Shown: in pieces, positions 30,476 to 34,302 of the stretch
How the letters are laid out: every line of letters starts with the position of its first letter
Numbering within the stretch: the stretch's first letter is position 1
Assembly: GCA_023334545.1 (NCBI GenBank)
Contig: JAADVB010000207.1
Coordinates: 1 to 34,302, forward strand
Length of the DNA stretch: 34,302 nt
Source: Salisapilia sapeloensis CBS 127946
Lineage: Eukaryota > Protista > Oomycota
Direction of reading: 5' to 3'
Notes under the pieces: model-generated
What the model was told of the DNA's origin: nothing
The model's database searches: none
Seen by the model: only the letters and a program-made list of their open reading frames with translations
Program-made: the position numbers and the translations under genes

Positions 30476-33157
30476 TCAAGTGAAGCAGGGCCGTGGACTA
30501 CGGTGCCGAGGTGAATATGTCCTCGGATCATGCTCCATCCTCCTACTTTCGAGGTCTCCAATCCAGAAGTCTGCTCTATTCGATCTGTGGTTCCCAGTGT
30601 TCGTCCCTGCTCTAGTGACGGAAAGTCGAAGATCCGTGACCACTGTCTTCCGAAGTCTTTTGCCAATATGGATATGCATACCAAAGAATTTCTTTAAGAC
30701 AGGAACGAAAACCTTTTCAAAAGCAGTGGTGAGTTCTGTCGTCAGCTCTTCCAGATACAGCGGTTTGCGCATCCCTGTGCCGCGAATGCCATTCGTCAGC
30801 CAGTCATACAGTTTCATCCTCTTCGATTCGTCTCCTGTCCAACTATCCACCACTCTTCTCAGTAGACCGAAAGACCTCTGCTCCGTCTCGTGACTCGGCT
30901 CTAAACCGTCACCATCGGCGCTCAGCGAAACGAGTAAGGATTCACCAACGTCATCCGTCTCCACTTGTTCATATGGCATAGCAACACCGACATGCTGTTC
31001 GAGTTGACGCTGAAGAGAGTCCACCTCAGTGAGCAATTGTTCATTTTCGGTCTGCACTGCACTCAAGTGGTTTCGTGAAACCTTCCACTCACTCGTGACT
31101 CGACGAAGGAAGGTATCTAGGACTTCCAAGTGCAGCTCTAGATGCCTTGCTCGTTTCCAATAACCCAGCATCGCAGGACTCTTGCTCGGGCTAAGGTCGA
31201 ATGATCCAAACTTTCCATGGCCTTCAATCGACTTCATTGGGGACATTGATGTATGCTGCTTCAAATTGACCATTTGTTCACTTAGTAAATTGAGCACATC
31301 CCGAAGCTTTTCTTGTTCGTCATGAAGGCGGTATTTAGTAAAGAAAAAGCTGGCAAGACTTTCCTTTGAACTAGGTACTGCGATGTCACTGTTTTCCATG
31401 GTCGACGATAGAACGTCACTTTTGCCCGTCTCACCTAATCCAGTCGATATATTGCTATCAAATACCTTTTTAAAAACATCCAGCTCCGCTGACATCTCGC
31501 CAATCTCTTCAGTCTTCTTTTCGTCTTCCAGTTTAAGCGTATCTATCTCTTCTACCAAAACGTCCTTCTCTTCTTGTACTATACCTAACTCGTGATTCAA
31601 CTCATTGATCTGAAGTTTATAGATCCCTGCCTGGACTTTCATCTTCTTGAGCTTCATTTCTAAATCTGCAAACTTGACGGCAGTGATTCCTGTCGTTGCC
31701 ACTCGGGCACTAGCAGACCGGTATAGTGTCGAACGCTCTTTGTCGGGTATCTGCTTTGGTAGTGCACCAAATCGTAAAGCATTCTCTGTCATATCAGGAC
31801 TAACTTCGCCATTAAGGTTTCCATCTGAAGAACCACATTGACTTTGCGCCATGTCCGATACACCGTCTGCTGGATTCTTTCCAACTATGCTGTCTGTAAT
31901 CATCGTCTCCTGTGTCACATCAAGTTCATAGTATGTTCTCATAAAGGTTCGAAGGGTCCGAATGAGCTTAATGGATTCCTGTTTCTCCGTCTCCAAGACA
32001 GAAATTCGCGCCTGAAGGTCTGACTCTTCTCGGTCAAAATCAATCCCATTCTCCCCATCACAACTTTCAGTCTGTTCGTCATCAAGATCTGGATGTGTGC
32101 ATTCATTTAGCACATCCTGCATGCTCGAAGTAAGTTCAGTCTCTGCTTTTGCAAAGAGCTGGTACGCAATACTTTCACCTGAGCTTGCAGTGGTAGCCTG
32201 GTCGGTAACACCATCTCTCATATCTACCGTGACTTCGCCCCGTCCACTTTCACATCCCAATGCATCGCTTTCAAAGCTTAGTTTTTGATACTCTTCCAAG
32301 GTTTTACGAAGACTGTTGACGACTTCTTTTTCCTCTTCTCTCTCCTTTTCAAGAGCTTCAATTTGTCGTTCTCGCTCCTCGAGTTGAGTAACAAGCAAAC
32401 GATTGTAGTCTTGTGCTTCTTCCAACTCTACTTGGATGTGCTCCATACTTTTCAATTGTTTCTTTGTCAGGTGAAGTTGCTGCATCAGGTCTCTGCTTTC
32501 ACGAAAAGATTCCACGTATCGTTCTTCAGCTTCCGCTGCTCGCCGTTCTAACTCGCTAAGTAGCTTTGTTGTTTCCGCTTTTGCGTTCCGACTAGCATGC
32601 TCCATGTCCTCTTGGGTTGAGCTGGAACTTATCATTGGTCGTGGGGTGGTGTCGATATACGTAGGCCTTCTAGTCGTACATAGCGCTTCTTTTGAAGAAG
32701 ATTGACCAGGTGTTAACGAATAGTCTACTGTAGGCATACACGATGACCGTCGAGCTGACCTTCCTGTGACTGTTGAAAAATAAGAGTTATGGTTTTCCTC
32801 ACTATCTGTTGAGGGAGTTGGAGGTAGCAATGGGTAGGTCATCTGTGATTTAACATGATCTAGCTCCGAAGTTAGCGTTTGGGTCTCTTGCAAAGCTTGC
32901 CTCCATCTTTTGGTCATCTCGTCCAAATGCAATTCCGTTTCATGCAGTTGGCGAAACAGAGAGTTTTGCCGTACTTGCATATCGCTCTGTTGACTATGTA
33001 GATCCTCGATCTCCAGTTGGAGCTCCGCGTTTTCTTCGAGAAGCCGAATACCTGCTCGAGCAGCTTGCTGGAGTGCTCTTGTTTCGTCGAATTCATCGTC
33101 CTGTTCACCCAATGATGAGTTGTCATCCTCACCACAACCTTCTGAAAGTGAAGCCAT
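30476..33157 (-). CDS. Large coiled-coil protein with CC1-box-like N-terminus and conserved C-terminal domain
   Basis: 893-aa intronless ORF; ALQQAARAGIRLLEENAEL at residues 28-46; several E/K/Q/L heptad regions; C-terminal domain aligns with the 21410 gene. Confidence 0.85.
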   Translation of the reverse strand: MASLSEGCGEDDNSSLGEQDDEFDETRALQQAARAGIRLLEENAELQLEIEDLHSQQSDMQVRQNSLFRQLHETELHLDEMTKRWRQALQETQTLTSELDHVKSQMTYPLLPPTPSTDSEENHNSYFSTVTGRSARRSSCMPTVDYSLTPGQSSSKEALCTTRRPTYIDTTPRPMISSSSTQEDMEHASRNAKAETTKLLSELERRAAEAEERYVESFRESRDLMQQLHLTKKQLKSMEHIQVELEEAQDYNRLLVTQLEERERQIEALEKEREEEKEVVNSLRKTLEEYQKLSFESDALGCESGRGEVTVDMRDGVTDQATTASSGESIAYQLFAKAETELTSSMQDVLNECTHPDLDDEQTESCDGENGIDFDREESDLQARISVLETEKQESIKLIRTLRTFMRTYYELDVTQETMITDSIVGKNPADGVSDMAQSQCGSSDGNLNGEVSPDMTENALRFGALPKQIPDKERSTLYRSASARVATTGITAVKFADLEMKLKKMKVQAGIYKLQINELNHELGIVQEEKDVLVEEIDTLKLEDEKKTEEIGEMSAELDVFKKVFDSNISTGLGETGKSDVLSSTMENSDIAVPSSKESLASFFFTKYRLHDEQEKLRDVLNLLSEQMVNLKQHTSMSPMKSIEGHGKFGSFDLSPSKSPAMLGYWKRARHLELHLEVLDTFLRRVTSEWKVSRNHLSAVQTENEQLLTEVDSLQRQLEQHVGVAMPYEQVETDDVGESLLVSLSADGDGLEPSHETEQRSFGLLRRVVDSWTGDESKRMKLYDWLTNGIRGTGMRKPLYLEELTTELTTAFEKVFVPVLKKFFGMHIHIGKRLRKTVVTDLRLSVTRAGTNTGNHRSNRADFWIGDLESRRMEHDPRTYSPRHRSPRPCFT

Positions 33158-34136
33158 GACCCGATCCTAGTCTACCTACTCTTAGATCACTAACTCTGTT
33201 TTCAGCGCTGGCTTTAGCACCTCATTTATCGTTCGTTTCGGTATATTTTTAGAAATACATCACATACGTGTTTTATTTGAAATGCATTTCAGTTAGTCTG
33301 CATAAGATGACTTTATGTATTGGTGCGAAGAATGCGCTTTCCATCTAAACCCAATAGCATCCATCATAGGGAGTTTTGCAAATTAAACGTCATCGGGCTA
33401 GTACATGCGATAAACATGACCAGAGTATATGCTTCAAATAGTCGACAGTAAATGCAGGCAAATGATCTAGAACAATTCATTTATTTGTTCTGTTCAATTA
33501 AACTTCCATCGACAAAAGCGTAAGAATGAATTACGTTCATTCAATTTCCCATAAAAGCAGATCCTCCATCATAAACTCACGCAGCTCTAGGAATAAGAAC
33601 CCAATAAAATATAAGATCTGGAAACTTCTACATCAGAACCTGTTCAAATTCACCTCAAGATTTCAACTATTCTTTTGTACTTCTTCATTAATAATAATTT
33701 ATTTATTAAAGTATAATTTAATAAAACGATATCAGAGTCAAGAGCAGCATCTACAACTTTGGGGCCTTGAAAATGCCTCTATCTTATCGTAACTACAACA
33801 AATGTTGAACAGTATCAGGAACATCATTCGCATGTTCGTGGTTGTATTTAAGGGCTTTTAAGCTATCACATACTAGTTCATAGCAATAAATTTGTTCATA
33901 CATCTACACTAAAGCCCTTTTGCTACATAGTGATAGCTATCAAAACATTTCGTATTCATCAAAGCAATCACATTTATCGAAAGGGCATGTTTTACTTCAA
34001 ACTACTGTACTAGGCCTTCCCATCAGCTCGTAAACACCTCAACTTTCTAGTCCACGTTAATCGATAACATTTTCCAAAATGGTAAACATCGCTTTGATAC
34101 AGAGACATTCGTGTACACGACCTCTGAGATCATGTT

Positions 34137-34302
34137 CTACTGCTCAAACAACCTATCATCGTCTTCGCTTTCTCGTTCGAGTGACACGAGTCCGGTTCCT
34201 TCTTCCAGCGTCGAGCTGAGGACGCGGTAGTCTGGTCGCAGACGCTGCGTCTGGGTCAGCGCTGGCTGCCGGTACACTTGGTTCAAGAAGTCAAACACCC
34301 CC
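34137..34302 (-). CDS. C-terminus of a probable second OSCA/CSC1 paralogue (5' part outside window)
   Basis: Open frame from 34301 to stop 34137: GVFDFLNQVYRQPALTQTQRLRPDYRVLSSTLEEG..., aligning with SYEQPAMYQRAPIKPDYHALGS at the end of the 2456-4906 protein. Confidence 0.65.
   Translation of the reverse strand, partial: GVFDFLNQVYRQPALTQTQRLRPDYRVLSSTLEEGTGLVSLERESEDDDRLFEQ

Noticed and set aside
33526-33792. 88-aa ORF in the AT-rich region
   Set aside because: Low-complexity N/K/I/S composition typical of random AT-rich translation.
1-34302. CRISPR array, rRNA or tRNA genes
   Set aside because: No regularly spaced repeats, rRNA-like sequence or cloverleaf was found by eye; the DNA is eukaryotic.

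Overview
Gene-dense eukaryotic DNA, most likely from an oomycete (inferred from an AA17-type LPMO, oomycete-style Cys-rich repeat and membrane proteins, and GT-AG introns). I reconstructed 17 protein-coding loci, 8 of them spliced; 18 of 20 inferred introns are 51-65 nt. Left to right: partial AA17 LPMO (-), OSCA/CSC1 channel (+), CHD remodeller (-), 765-aa membrane protein (-), CC1-box coiled-coil protein (-), multi-pass membrane protein (-), Myb-like protein (+), decayed Fanzor1 nuclease (+), small hypothetical (-), second CC1-box protein (-), 5-formyl-THF cyclo-ligase (+), Cys-rich repeat surface protein (-), ACBP/coiled-coil/TM protein (+), FAAH-like amidase (+), membrane J-domain protein (-), third CC1-box protein (-), and the 3' end of a second OSCA paralogue (-). 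The standout, shown only as fragments in the ORF track, is a frameshifted, stop-riddled Fanzor1 (eukaryotic TnpB-like RNA-guided nuclease) at about 18527-20081. All three RuvC acidic residues remain, stem-loops follow where an omegaRNA is expected, and no transposase is visible. All family assignments come from manual translation and motif recall; no database search was run.
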